Source: an uncultured delta proteobacterium | Lineage (GTDB): Bacteria; Myxococcota_A; Polyangia; Polyangiales; Polyangiaceae | DNA length: 64,000 nucleotides | NCBI GenBank assembly: GCA_963850305.1 | Contig: CAWKKR010000008.1 | Location: forward strand, 800,001 to 864,000 | Direction of reading: 5' to 3' | In this document: piece by piece, positions 9,412 to 19,498 of the stretch | How the letters are laid out: every line of letters begins with the position of its first letter | Position numbering within the stretch: the first letter of the stretch is position 1 | Made by a program: the position numbers and the translations under genes | The notes under the pieces: model-generated | Told to the model about the DNA's origin: nothing | Seen by the model: only the letters and a program-made list of their open reading frames with translations | Database searches by the model: none

Positions 9412-10416
9412 GTGCCCGACCCGAATATCACCGTCGTCGTCCCGTTCCTCGACGAAGAGGGCAGCCTGGAGGAGCTTTATTCGCGGGTCTCCGCGGTGCT
9501 GGAACGAGTCGGGGAACCGTTCGAAATCCTGCTCATCGACGACGGGAGCCGCGATCGCGGAGGCGGCATCGCGGACAGGCTCGCGGAACAGGACCCGCGC
9601 GTGGGCGTCGTTCACTTCCGGCGAAACTTCGGCAAAGCCGCGGCGCTCGATGCGGGGTTTCGGCGCGCGCGCGGCCGCATCGTCTTCACGATGGACGCCG
9701 ATTTGCAGGACGACCCTTCGGAGATTCCGAACTTTCTCGCGAAGCTCTCCGACGGCTTCGACCTCGTGAGCGGCTGGAAGAAGAAGCGCCACGATCCCCT
9801 CGGGAAGACGCTGCCGTCGAAGTTCTTCAACTTCGTCGTGAGCGCGTCGAGCGGCCTCAAGCTCGACGACTTCAACTGCGGCTTCAAGGCGTACCGCGCG
9901 GAAGCCGTCCGCGGGCTCGACCTTTACGGCGAACTTCACCGTTACGTTCCCGTCCTCGTCCACTGGCGAGGCTTTCGGGTGACGCAGATTCCCGTCGTGC
10001 ACCACCCGAGAACCACGGGCACGTCCAAGTATGGCGTCGAGAGGATGGTGAAGGGATTCTTCGATCTCCTGACCGTGCTTCTCATCACCCGCTATCGCGC
10101 CCGTCCGCTCCATCTGTTCGGCGGCGCAGGGATCATATTCGCCGGACTCGGCTTCGCCAGCCTGAGCTATCTGTCGATCCTCTGGTTTCTTGGCCACCCC
10201 CTCGCCAACCGACCGTTGCTCCTGTTCGGCGTGTTGTTGATGATGCTCGGCGTACAGCTCATCAGCACCGGCCTGCTCGGCGAAATGATTGGCATCACCC
10301 AGGTCGGCGCGAAACCACACTACGAGGTGCGGAGCGAGCGAGCCTCGTTCGCGGGACCGATGATCGAGACCGAGAACCAGTCCGCCGTCGCCCGGGACGC
10401 GGCACTCGCCGGCTGA
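9412..10416 (+). CDS. GT2 polyprenol-phosphate glycosyltransferase (ArnC/GtrB/DPM1-like)
   Basis: IDDGSRD, RRNFGKAAAL, MDADLQDDP, DFNCGFKAYR, GELHRY; two C-terminal TM helices. Confidence 0.92.
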   Translation: MPDPNITVVVPFLDEEGSLEELYSRVSAVLERVGEPFEILLIDDGSRDRGGGIADRLAEQDPRVGVVHFRRNFGKAAALDAGFRRARGRIVFTMDADLQDDPSEIPNFLAKLSDGFDLVSGWKKKRHDPLGKTLPSKFFNFVVSASSGLKLDDFNCGFKAYRAEAVRGLDLYGELHRYVPVLVHWRGFRVTQIPVVHHPRTTGTSKYGVERMVKGFFDLLTVLLITRYRARPLHLFGGAGIIFAGLGFASLSYLSILWFLGHPLANRPLLLFGVLLMMLGVQLISTGLLGEMIGITQVGAKPHYEVRSERASFAGPMIETENQSAVARDAALAG

Positions 10417-10441
10417 CGTCGGAGCAGATTGAGCGCGGTAC

Positions 10442-11614
10442 TCACCGTATCGCGCGTCGCAGGACACGCAGCAGCACGTCGCGACCGGTATCGTAGCCGT
10501 AGCTGGCGATGAGCTTTTCTCGTCCCCTTTCGCCGAGGTTGCGGCGGAGCTCGGGGTCGCTTGCGAGGGTCACGAGAGCGTCGGCCAGGGCGTCGGGATC
10601 GCCGGGCGGGACGATGAGGCCTGCGCCTTCGAGGATCTCGGGCATGTCGTTGAGGGCGCTCGCGACGATGGGCTTGGCCATGGACATGCCGTCGAAGAGC
10701 TTGGCCGGGATCTGGCCCCATGCCGCCGGGACGTCGAGACTCGGCAAAGCGATGATGTCCGCGACGCGCAGGTGATCGCAGAGTGCGAGGAACGGGAACT
10801 GCGGCCACGCGACGAATCGTTCGTCGCCGATCAGAGAACGCGCGCGGAGCAGGACGGGATCCGTGGGATCGTCTGCGCCCATGACGACGAGGCCCACGTC
10901 GGCGCGGCGCCGCGCGCGGGCGACGGCATCGACGAGCACGCCGACGCCCTTGTGCGGTCGCGGCGTGCCGACGAAGCCGACCCAGACGGCGTCGCGCGAG
11001 AGCGAACCCACATCGTGTTCGATGGGCCGGGCGGGGTCGAGGACGCGCGGGTCGCGCACGTGGTACAGGAGCTCCCCGCCGAACTTCGCGCGGAGCCACT
11101 TGTTCGAGACGAGGCGATGCGGCATGCGCATCGCGTAAGCTTCGAGCAAGCGGGCGGCGACGAATCGGTTCACGCCGGCGTCCGCCAGGTAGCTCCGCGC
11201 GCGCGCCCGGCGGAGCCTGGAACCGACCATGCCCGGCTCGTGTGCGCCTTTCTGGATGAGCCCGGTCTCCCAATCGTCGATGTCGACGACGAAACCGCGC
11301 GCGCCGACGCGGCTCACCGCAGCGAGCCCGAGACTCTGGAACACGGGCTTCGTGACGATCACGGCGTCGTCGCCCACTCGCTCCCGGAGCCAGGGGATCG
11401 CCTTGCCGTATTCGAGCGGACTCTTCGGTACCAGGAATGAGTACACCGGGATGCCGGTGCTCAGCGCGGGGGCCCAGACCGCCGGCTTGGAGCCCACGCC
11501 GACGACCTGGACGGCCGTCTCTTCGCGAAGCAAATCGGCGATGAGGAGCGCCCGGCCCATGCCGTTGGAGCTCGCGTTCGCGCAGATGACGGAGACGGGG
11601 GGGAGCGCGCTCAA
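10442..11614 (-). CDS. GT4-like (GT-B) glycosyltransferase
   Basis: FVGTPRPHKGV; PAKLFDGMSMAKPIVAS...PEIL...GLIVPPGD. Confidence 0.88.
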   Translation of the reverse strand: MSALPPVSVICANASSNGMGRALLIADLLREETAVQVVGVGSKPAVWAPALSTGIPVYSFLVPKSPLEYGKAIPWLRERVGDDAVIVTKPVFQSLGLAAVSRVGARGFVVDIDDWETGLIQKGAHEPGMVGSRLRRARARSYLADAGVNRFVAARLLEAYAMRMPHRLVSNKWLRAKFGGELLYHVRDPRVLDPARPIEHDVGSLSRDAVWVGFVGTPRPHKGVGVLVDAVARARRRADVGLVVMGADDPTDPVLLRARSLIGDERFVAWPQFPFLALCDHLRVADIIALPSLDVPAAWGQIPAKLFDGMSMAKPIVASALNDMPEILEGAGLIVPPGDPDALADALVTLASDPELRRNLGERGREKLIASYGYDTGRDVLLRVLRRAIR

Positions 11615-11665
11615 TTCAGCCGTACTACCCTAACCCGCGTTCGCGGGCGACGCGCGGACGTCCCC

Positions 11666-12580
11666 ATGCGAATTCCCGAGCCGAGCGACATCTGTGCCGT
11701 CGTCGTCACGTACCACCCCGATCCGGGGTTCGCGGGTCGCTTCGAGCGCCTTGCCGGCCAGGTCGGGAAGACCGTCATCGTCGACAATGGGTCGAGTGAA
11801 GCCGAAAAAGAGCTGCTGCGCAGCCTCTGTTGCGCTCCGGGCGCGACGCTGATCGAGCACCCAACCAATCTCGGGATCGCTCGCGCGTTGAACACCGGGG
11901 TCCGTACCGCGCGCACTCTCGGCGCGACATGGGTCATGACGTTCGACGACGATTCGACCGCGGCGAACGGCTTCGTCGAGAACGCGATCCGCGTGTGCGC
12001 ATCTATCGGGGAACGCGGGCTCGATCGTCTCGGCGTGCTGGGGGCGAATCACGTCGATGACAACACGGGCAAGCTCTACGCGGCTCCTGCTACGTCTCCG
12101 AGCGGATTCATCGAACGGAAGACGGTCATCACCTCCGGCAGTTTGTTCTCGCTCGAGGCGTACGAACATATCGGGGATTTCAGGGAAGAGTTCTTCATCG
12201 ACGGCGTGGACCACGAGTATTGTCTGCGCGCGCGGGCGAAGGGGTACCGCGTCCTCCTCTCGCTCGAACCGCTGCTGGCCCACGCGATGGGAAACCGGAA
12301 AGCCGTGCGCGCGCTACCCGGCGTCGCGCTCGAGACGGTGAATTACACGCCGTTCCGCTGGTACTTCATGGTGAAAAATCGGCTGACGCTCGTCACCGAG
12401 TACGCGACGAAGGAACCGACGTGGGCAGCGGCGCGCGCGGGGCGTCTGGTGACGCAGGCCCTGACGACCCTCGCGCTCGAGCCTGGGCGACTGGAAAAGG
12501 CGCGCTGCATGGGGCTCGGTGTCCTCGACTTCATCACGCGACACGACGGGCGACCGCTCGACGAAATCGAGCGACCCTGA
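11666..12580 (+). CDS. GT2 glycosyltransferase (rhamnosyltransferase-like)
   Basis: AVVVTYHP, IVDNGS, NLGIARALNTG, TFDDDS, VITSGSL, FFIDGVDHEYCLR. Confidence 0.9.
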   Translation: MRIPEPSDICAVVVTYHPDPGFAGRFERLAGQVGKTVIVDNGSSEAEKELLRSLCCAPGATLIEHPTNLGIARALNTGVRTARTLGATWVMTFDDDSTAANGFVENAIRVCASIGERGLDRLGVLGANHVDDNTGKLYAAPATSPSGFIERKTVITSGSLFSLEAYEHIGDFREEFFIDGVDHEYCLRARAKGYRVLLSLEPLLAHAMGNRKAVRALPGVALETVNYTPFRWYFMVKNRLTLVTEYATKEPTWAAARAGRLVTQALTTLALEPGRLEKARCMGLGVLDFITRHDGRPLDEIERP

Positions 12581-12608
12581 AGCGTCGAACGCGCGACGCC
12601 ACCACGTC

Positions 12609-14066
12609 TCATCTCGAGACTGCCGGCGCGGGGGGCGGACTGGGCGGTGGCCTCGGACGCGGCGGCGGTCGTGGACGCGCCGGGCGCGGCGGCCTCGGAC
12701 GCCGCACGGGCCGGGGCTCGTGGCTCAAGACCCAGGTGGGGCCGAGACGATTGCGGTTCGGCGCGCTCTCGAGAAAGTTGTGCCAGACGGAGAACTGAAA
12801 GGGTGACGTGAGCCCGTCCTGGACGTTGAAGGCGCTGACGGCGAATGCCGCGAACACCAGCGTCCACTTCACGCGCCCGAGCGTCGCCCGGTCGAGCCAG
12901 AGTCCGAACAGCAGCACGAGCCAGGGCATGATCGGCACGAGCCAGCGCATGCCGACGCACCAGCCGCCATAGTTGTGCGTCCGGACGATGTAGAACGCGG
13001 TCACGACGAAGACGGTCGCTGCGAGCACCGCTGTCTCGGCGAAGAAGCGATCGCGCTTCCAGAGCCTCCGGCAGATCTCGTAGAGGGAGAAGCAGAAGAT
13101 CGGCGTCATGCTGAAGACGCCGTGATGTCCGAGGAGCACGTTGAAGGCGTACGTGCTCTTTGGCTCGAGGAGCGCGTCGATCCCGGAGCGCCGCCCGCCG
13201 AAGTAGCTCCCCGCATACTTCATGAGCGACGCGTCGGCATACGCGGGGATCCAGGTGCCGGTGGCGGCGTGGGCCAAGAGGAGCTCGGCTGCGAGCCCCG
13301 GTACGACCGCAGGCGCGAAGACGAGGAGCGTCCGCTTCCAGTTCACGCGCAGGAGATAGATGCCGGTGAACCCAGTGAGCGCGAGCGACGACAGATCCAC
13401 CGCAGGGAGCACACCGAGCCAGAACCCCGCGAGCAGCCAGTCGGCGAGCCGCCCCTCGCTACTCTGCGCGCGGTACGCGTAATAAAACCCCACGACCGCG
13501 AGAGCCCCGCCCGGCGAGTGATTGTTGATGGCCGTGGCATACGCGACGCCGAGATACGCGAAGCACGCCGCGGCCATCGTGATGATGATCGCGAGCTCCT
13601 TCTGTAGAAGAAGGCGACAGAGTCGAAAGAAATAGATCAGGAACACGAGGTGACTGAGCCACCCCGTGAACACGCCCACCGTCCAGACGACGATGCCCTC
13701 GTTGTCCTCGATGTTGTAGCCGGTGATCTTCTTGAGGACGTAGTACACGCCCGCGCCGTACGTCGGCAGGAGCGGGGGCTTGGACGACACGAAATGACCG
13801 CGGGCCCGCACCTTGTCGGGCGTGAACACGTAGCGGCTCGCGTCGATGTTGTAGGTGCCGTAGTCGACGAGCGACTCGATCGTCGCGTAGCGGCTGCCCG
13901 TGTTCGCGTTTTCGCGCGACGAGAGCTGCATGTGCCACACGACCATCACGAGACTCGTCAGCATGAGCAGGGCGACGATCACCGACGTGTCGCGCCGTCG
14001 CTCGGCGTCGACGGGTTCTCGCCGCTGCTCCGGCCCCACGGGCCCCTGCTCGCCGAGGTCGGTCAT
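12609..14066 (-). CDS. multi-pass membrane protein, GT-C-like
   Basis: About 10 hydrophobic segments; SRYATIESLVDYGTY loop after TM1; SSKPP; YGGWCVGMRWLVP. Confidence 0.7.
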   Translation of the reverse strand: MTDLGEQGPVGPEQRREPVDAERRRDTSVIVALLMLTSLVMVVWHMQLSSRENANTGSRYATIESLVDYGTYNIDASRYVFTPDKVRARGHFVSSKPPLLPTYGAGVYYVLKKITGYNIEDNEGIVVWTVGVFTGWLSHLVFLIYFFRLCRLLLQKELAIIITMAAACFAYLGVAYATAINNHSPGGALAVVGFYYAYRAQSSEGRLADWLLAGFWLGVLPAVDLSSLALTGFTGIYLLRVNWKRTLLVFAPAVVPGLAAELLLAHAATGTWIPAYADASLMKYAGSYFGGRRSGIDALLEPKSTYAFNVLLGHHGVFSMTPIFCFSLYEICRRLWKRDRFFAETAVLAATVFVVTAFYIVRTHNYGGWCVGMRWLVPIMPWLVLLFGLWLDRATLGRVKWTLVFAAFAVSAFNVQDGLTSPFQFSVWHNFLESAPNRNRLGPTWVLSHEPRPVRRPRPPRPARPRPPPRPRPPPSPPPAPAVSR

Positions 14067-15124
14067 CCGTGGGCCGTGCGGGTGCTGCGCGGAGCCGTGT
14101 GCGACAGCAGCTCGTCGATTTCTTCGACGACGTAGGCGGTGACGTCCAGGTGGTCGTGAACGAGCCGGTCACGGGCGTCACGGCGAGCGTCCGCATCCAC
14201 GGGCGCGTCGAGGAGAGCGAGGGTCTTTCCGAGCGCCGGCGCCGCGTCCTTGAAGTTGTAGACGAGGCCGTACCGGCGCTCCTGGTCGTTCAGGTAGCCG
14301 CGTTCCGTCGTGTTCAAGTAAACCGCCGGCACACCGAGACAGGCCGCTTCGCTCGCCGTCGACGCACCCTCCGTCACGACGAGCCGCGAGAACGCGAGCA
14401 CGTCGTGAAAACGTTCCGGCGGAACGCGGAGCCGCTGAGGTTCCCACTTCTCGGGCAATATGCCGCCCTCGGGGACGATGAATACGCGAGCGCGCTCCGA
14501 AACGCGGGTGACGAACTCGTCCAGGCGATCGCCGAAGCCGCGGTTGCCGATGTCGTGCAGCGTGTTCCACGCGGAGACGCGCAGCACGACGTAGTTACCG
14601 GGAGCCACGCCGTCCATCATCGACAGGACGTCGCTGCGCGGCGTGAAGCGCGACGGGTGCAGGAACGCAAGCTCGTGATAGCCCGCATAGCGGCGCTGCT
14701 TCTTGCCGAGGTTCTTCCAGAAGCACTCCGGTGTATAGATGCGCGTCGCGAACGGGTGCGCGATCCGGTGGTTCAGGCTCTGAAACTCGCTATCCGTGAA
14801 GACGATGTTCGGCTTTCCGAAGAGAAAAGCCGATTGGGTATAGCTCCCCATCAAGCTCAGCACCGCGTCCGGCCGGAACGACGCGATCGTCTTCGCGACG
14901 AGAAGCTGCCGCTCGAGCATCTCCCCCATGGGGATCCGGTTGTTCTTGCGCTGCGCGGTGAGGATACGGTGCGGAATGAAGTCGTAAGCCGCGAGCAGTC
15001 GCTTCATGACGTCGCGATCACGCCCGAGTAGCAGCACCTCGTCCCCACGCTTCCGCCAGATCTCCACGGCGTTCCTGAAGAAGTGGATGTGCGCGGGGTG
15101 GTGCGCCTCGAGCAGAAGTCGCAT
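14063..15124 (-). CDS. DUF354 family protein (GT-B-like)
   Basis: N-terminal HPAHIHFFR; GYHELAFLHPSRFTP; EGASTASEAACLGVPA. Confidence 0.85.
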   Translation of the reverse strand: MRLLLEAHHPAHIHFFRNAVEIWRKRGDEVLLLGRDRDVMKRLLAAYDFIPHRILTAQRKNNRIPMGEMLERQLLVAKTIASFRPDAVLSLMGSYTQSAFLFGKPNIVFTDSEFQSLNHRIAHPFATRIYTPECFWKNLGKKQRRYAGYHELAFLHPSRFTPRSDVLSMMDGVAPGNYVVLRVSAWNTLHDIGNRGFGDRLDEFVTRVSERARVFIVPEGGILPEKWEPQRLRVPPERFHDVLAFSRLVVTEGASTASEAACLGVPAVYLNTTERGYLNDQERRYGLVYNFKDAAPALGKTLALLDAPVDADARRDARDRLVHDHLDVTAYVVEEIDELLSHTAPRSTRTAHG

Positions 15125-15186
15125 GAGAGCGCGACCGATCTAGCAGATTGGAAGGCCATTCGGGAGCCGACGCGTGAGCATCACCC

Positions 15187-16797
15187 TCATAATGTGGGCT
15201 CAACCTTACCGAAGGTCGCAGGCAAGCGACGGCCACGGGTCTCGGAGAAGTGGTTCATCTGGTACAAGATCACGTTGTCCGACAAGGACCATAGCCGGTA
15301 GCGACAGAACCAGAGATCGATGTCGCAGTAGCTCGGGCCGAGGTATTCCCCGTGCGCGGCGGCAAATCTCCGCGCTTCGGGCTCCGTGAGAAAGCTGATG
15401 GGTCTCCGAGCGCCGGGCGACCGAGTGACGAAGATCCGGCGCATGTTCCACGAACGGTCGTAGCTGAGCACGCCGAGCCCTTGCACGAAGACCGACCACG
15501 AAAGGAGCGCGGCGAAGACGGTGCGGCGGAGCGGCGAGCGCAACATTGCGTCCATCACCGGAACCAGAAACAGCGCGAGATACGGTACGACGTCGAGCCA
15601 GGGCCGGTAGCCATAGGCGTGGCCACCCCACCAGTCGAACCATTTGCACTGCAGCAACATCATCGCGAGGGTCGCGACGGTAAGCGGGCGGAACGCTCGA
15701 AAGCCCGGGTCCCTCCACGTCCGTGCGGCCCCCCAGAAGGACGCGGCGAGGACCGGCGAGAAGACCAGGAGCCCGCGCGACGGACTCACGAGCAGCCCGA
15801 GGGCACCCTCCCAGAGCGGCGTCTGCCACAGGTTCGGCGAACCCGTCTTCTCGAGCGCGATGACGTGCCCCACGAGCTCCTGTGCGAACACGAAAGGGCT
15901 CCCGAAGAAGTACTGATTGTAGACGGCGACGGCGAGCGGCACCGGCGCCGACGCGACGAGGTACGGCAAGAGCCGCCGTCGGTGGTAGATCGCGAGGTGG
16001 ACGAGCACGGCGACGAAGACGAAGAGCCCCGTAGCGCGACACGCCGTGGCCGCACCGAAGGAAAACCCCGCGAGCGCCGCCGCTTGCCAGGAAGCTCTCT
16101 TCCTGAGGAAGAAGAACGCGCCGAGCGCGAGGAAGAACTGAGTGACGGTTTGTTGCCAGAGATCCTGGCTCGAAACGGCGAACGCACACGTCCCGAGCCC
16201 GTAGGTGACGGCGACGAGCAGCGCCCGCTGCCACGCCGTGTAAGAGAGCGCGATGAGGAGGATCAGCACCGCGCTCGACGCGACGAGGATCGACGCGCAG
16301 AGCTTCCCCACCGTCGCTCGGTGCACGAGCTGGCGGGGCAGATCGTGATCGACGGCGTAAAAGGGCGCCATGACTGGCAAGAGCACGAACCCCGGGACGG
16401 GTCCGAACGTGCTGACGTACGTGTGGCGCAGCTTGGACTCCGTCACGTAGTAGCGAGGACCATTGAATTCGAGCGCTCCCGCATCGCGCCAGTCTCTCGC
16501 CGTTCGGTCGGCGATCTCGTCCTTCCAGCGCATGATGAAGAAGTCGTCGAGTGGAGCGAAGGGTGGATGAGTCTTCCACTTGAACATCTCGGGGAACTCT
16601 TCAGGACCGAAGGAGAGACGGCCGGCGTGGAGGAGCGCCAGCGGCAGATTCTCGGTAGGCACGGCGTCACCCTCGTTCAGGATGGTGCCGTTGGCATGGT
16701 ACGCCGCGAGAAGCGCGCAGAAGAGGACGAGGCACAGAAGGAGCCTGCGGCGCCACGACAAACCCGGGTGCTCGGTGCGACCGGTGGAAGTGCTCAT
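15187..16797 (-). CDS. multi-pass membrane protein, GT-C-like
   Basis: Start ATG 16797 overlaps the upstream stop (ATGA); many TMs; LLVSPSRGLLVFSP and WWGGHAYGYR motifs. Confidence 0.72.
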   Translation of the reverse strand: MSTSTGRTEHPGLSWRRRLLLCLVLFCALLAAYHANGTILNEGDAVPTENLPLALLHAGRLSFGPEEFPEMFKWKTHPPFAPLDDFFIMRWKDEIADRTARDWRDAGALEFNGPRYYVTESKLRHTYVSTFGPVPGFVLLPVMAPFYAVDHDLPRQLVHRATVGKLCASILVASSAVLILLIALSYTAWQRALLVAVTYGLGTCAFAVSSQDLWQQTVTQFFLALGAFFFLRKRASWQAAALAGFSFGAATACRATGLFVFVAVLVHLAIYHRRRLLPYLVASAPVPLAVAVYNQYFFGSPFVFAQELVGHVIALEKTGSPNLWQTPLWEGALGLLVSPSRGLLVFSPVLAASFWGAARTWRDPGFRAFRPLTVATLAMMLLQCKWFDWWGGHAYGYRPWLDVVPYLALFLVPVMDAMLRSPLRRTVFAALLSWSVFVQGLGVLSYDRSWNMRRIFVTRSPGARRPISFLTEPEARRFAAAHGEYLGPSYCDIDLWFCRYRLWSLSDNVILYQMNHFSETRGRRLPATFGKVEPTL

Positions 16798-18755
16798 GAC
16801 GGCTCGGCGTCCCGCAGACGCGGCCCTGAGCGCATCGAACGGAGGCCCCAGAAAGCGAGGAGACCGAATCCCAGCACCGTCACGAGCCCGGGGATCCGGC
16901 TCGGCGCGTACCAGATGTGCACGTCGAAGCTTCCCTTCGAGATGCCGTCGATTACCAGGAACCCTTCCGGACTCTCGCGCAGCCACCCTCCGGGGATGCC
17001 TTCGAGATGCCACCACGCGTGAAAGTTCGTCTTCGCGAGGACACGCGTTCCGCCGTAGTCCGTGCGAAGGTGAAATCGCATTTCGCCCGGGCGGAACGCG
17101 ACGGGCCCGACATGATTCGTCGGCGTGAGACTGGCGATCGGAAGGTTTTCGGCGCCGCGACGCCGAAAGACGGCGTAGTGGGACTCGTCGTGGAGGCGAT
17201 CGAACGCGCCCGTTCCGTCGATCCGCTCCGCCATCTCGCCGTTCGAGGTGACGAGGACGCCCGCGTTGGTCTTCTCCATCGCCTCGAGAATCCAGGCCTT
17301 TCCGGGACGCGGCGCGCTAAATAGCGTGCCGAACTCGCTGCAAGACCAACGAAGCTTGTACGGGACCACGCCGTAATAGGTTCCGAGCACGGGTCTGTCG
17401 ATCGCGTGCGCGGTCAGGGCGAGCACGTGGGACTGCGACAAGCCGCCCGCCTTCCAGTCCGCGCCGAGCGTGTCCTCGACGTAAATTCGTCCCCAATCGG
17501 CGCGGGCGTTCGTGCGGAGCCAGGCCCAGAGTGGTTCGAGTCGTGCGAGCTCGTCGCGGACGGATCGCGGGCTGTCCTTTGCGAGCGGCAAGACCCACCA
17601 CGCGCCGAGGAGCGTGCCGCACAGAGCGAAGGCCGTTGCGAGCGCCGCGGCGACCCTGGGCGACCGTGGAGACGGCAGCGCCGCGACCACGGGGATGGCG
17701 GACAGCGCGAACCCGATGCGCACCCAGTCCAGAAACCGCCAGCTCACGGGGCCGAGAAACCACAGTGGGTACGTGTGATGGAGGACGAGCATCCCGAACA
17801 GCAGCGTCGCGATCCAGAACCCCGACATCGACAGCGGCGATCGCCTGGACCGCGCGAAGACAAACCCTGCCACGCCGAGGAGGACCAGCGCGACCATCGG
17901 GATCGAATCGGTGAAGTGCAGATCGCGGCGAATGGCATCCTGAAGGTGATCGTCCAGGAGGAGCATCGCATCGGAAGGCAGGAGCAGCCGACAGAGCAGC
18001 GCCTGCAACGAAAACGGCTTGAGCGGTGCGGGGTCGCCATTTCCGACCCACAGGAACGTAAGCCAGTAGTCGGCGGAAGCGAGCCCGCCCACGAGGGCCG
18101 AAAGGGCGCGACGCGACAGCTCGTGCCGCGTCAGCGCGCGCCGATGCACGAATGTGGTCACGACGGCCGCGAGCGCGAGTACCGGTAGCACGAACAGGTG
18201 CGTGAGCGTCGCGAGAGCCAGGATGAGCGCGAGTCCGACGTGCTGGCGCTCGGTCAACGCGGGTCGCGACAGCAGATCGACGGCGACGATGAGCGCTCCG
18301 TTCGCGAGGCCGTACGTCCACATCCCGCCCAGCGGCGACCCGATGCCCCAGATCATCGGCGACTGTACGAGGAGCAGATACGCGAGAAGGCCCGCACGCG
18401 GCGCGTTCAGGTGACCGCGCGCCACGTGATAGAACGAGAGCGGGATCGCGACGAACCCCGCAAAGAGTGCGGTGGCGTACATCGGGCCGAGCGGCACCCC
18501 AGCGCGAACGAGGCGCGCAAGTAGCGGGTACCAGAGCGGCGAGTGCAACGTCGGGAGGGGAAATCCGGTGAACCCGATCTCCGACCAGCCGCTTCCACCG
18601 TTCGCGAGCGCGTACACCTCCGCCAGGTGCACCGAGTTGTCGATGTACGTCAGATAGCCCCCGCGCAGGATCGGGAACGCGATGACCAGCGCCGTGCCGA
18701 GCAGACACGACAGGGCGACGAGGTCTCCGCGCTCGAAGCGAGTCGATGCGGGCAT
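16794..18755 (-). CDS. multi-pass membrane protein, GT-C/YfhO-like, with soluble C-terminal domain
   Basis: IDNSVH loop after TM1; FTGFPL...HSPLWY; about 12 TMs; final TM after an extracytoplasmic domain; start reassigned to ATG 18755. Confidence 0.68.
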   Translation of the reverse strand: MPASTRFERGDLVALSCLLGTALVIAFPILRGGYLTYIDNSVHLAEVYALANGGSGWSEIGFTGFPLPTLHSPLWYPLLARLVRAGVPLGPMYATALFAGFVAIPLSFYHVARGHLNAPRAGLLAYLLLVQSPMIWGIGSPLGGMWTYGLANGALIVAVDLLSRPALTERQHVGLALILALATLTHLFVLPVLALAAVVTTFVHRRALTRHELSRRALSALVGGLASADYWLTFLWVGNGDPAPLKPFSLQALLCRLLLPSDAMLLLDDHLQDAIRRDLHFTDSIPMVALVLLGVAGFVFARSRRSPLSMSGFWIATLLFGMLVLHHTYPLWFLGPVSWRFLDWVRIGFALSAIPVVAALPSPRSPRVAAALATAFALCGTLLGAWWVLPLAKDSPRSVRDELARLEPLWAWLRTNARADWGRIYVEDTLGADWKAGGLSQSHVLALTAHAIDRPVLGTYYGVVPYKLRWSCSEFGTLFSAPRPGKAWILEAMEKTNAGVLVTSNGEMAERIDGTGAFDRLHDESHYAVFRRRGAENLPIASLTPTNHVGPVAFRPGEMRFHLRTDYGGTRVLAKTNFHAWWHLEGIPGGWLRESPEGFLVIDGISKGSFDVHIWYAPSRIPGLVTVLGFGLLAFWGLRSMRSGPRLRDAEPS

Positions 18756-18948
18756 GAGGCTCGCCGAGCCTGCCGTTTCGGAATATCCGTGACAAGGACG
18801 ACGTGTCGGACGCATCCGCGCCGTCCCCGGAGGCCTCATACGGTCGCCATTTGCGTCGCTCCGAGGGCATCCCCTGCCCGGGCGCGCGCCACGGGTCTTC
18901 CTGAGGTCTTCCTGGGGGCTGCTGCGCCTTTGTGGGAGTCTCGTGCGC

Positions 18949-19434
18949 ATGGCACCTCCCAGGAAGGGCGGTTTGATCGTCATCGGCGTGCTGGCGGTCC
19001 TCAAGGCGTCCGCGCTGGCGTTCGTCGGGCTCGGCTTTCTCTCGCTGCTCCACAGGGATGCCGCGACCACCCTGGGCGAATGGGTAGAACGCATTCGCGT
19101 CGACCCCAGGAACCGGATCATTCACGCGCTCATCGAGAAGATTGTCGGCGTGCGGCCGCGCACCCTCGAGACGCTCGGCGTCGGGACGCTCGTGTACGCG
19201 GCGGTGTTTGCGACGGAGGGGCTCGGCCTCATCTTGCAGAAAAGGTGGGCCGAGTACATGACGCTCCTGGTCACGGTGTCGTTCTTGCCCGTCGAGGTGT
19301 TCGAGCTCGTCGAGCACCCTCGCTTCTCGAAAGCGGCGCTGCTCGCCGTGAACGCGTTCGTGGCGTTCTACATCGCGCGTCAGATCGCGCGCGAGCGCGC
19401 CGCTCACCGCGCCGGCAACGGAAGGAACTCCTGA
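18949..19434 (+). CDS. DUF2127-like membrane protein
   Basis: YAAVFATEGLGLILQKRWAEYMT...FLPVEVFEL. Confidence 0.82.
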   Translation: MAPPRKGGLIVIGVLAVLKASALAFVGLGFLSLLHRDAATTLGEWVERIRVDPRNRIIHALIEKIVGVRPRTLETLGVGTLVYAAVFATEGLGLILQKRWAEYMTLLVTVSFLPVEVFELVEHPRFSKAALLAVNAFVAFYIARQIARERAAHRAGNGRNS

Positions 19435-19498
19435 TCGTCGCCAGGCATCCTTCCGAAGTGAATCTGTCTCCAGTCATCCTTCGCGCGGACCGGATGTT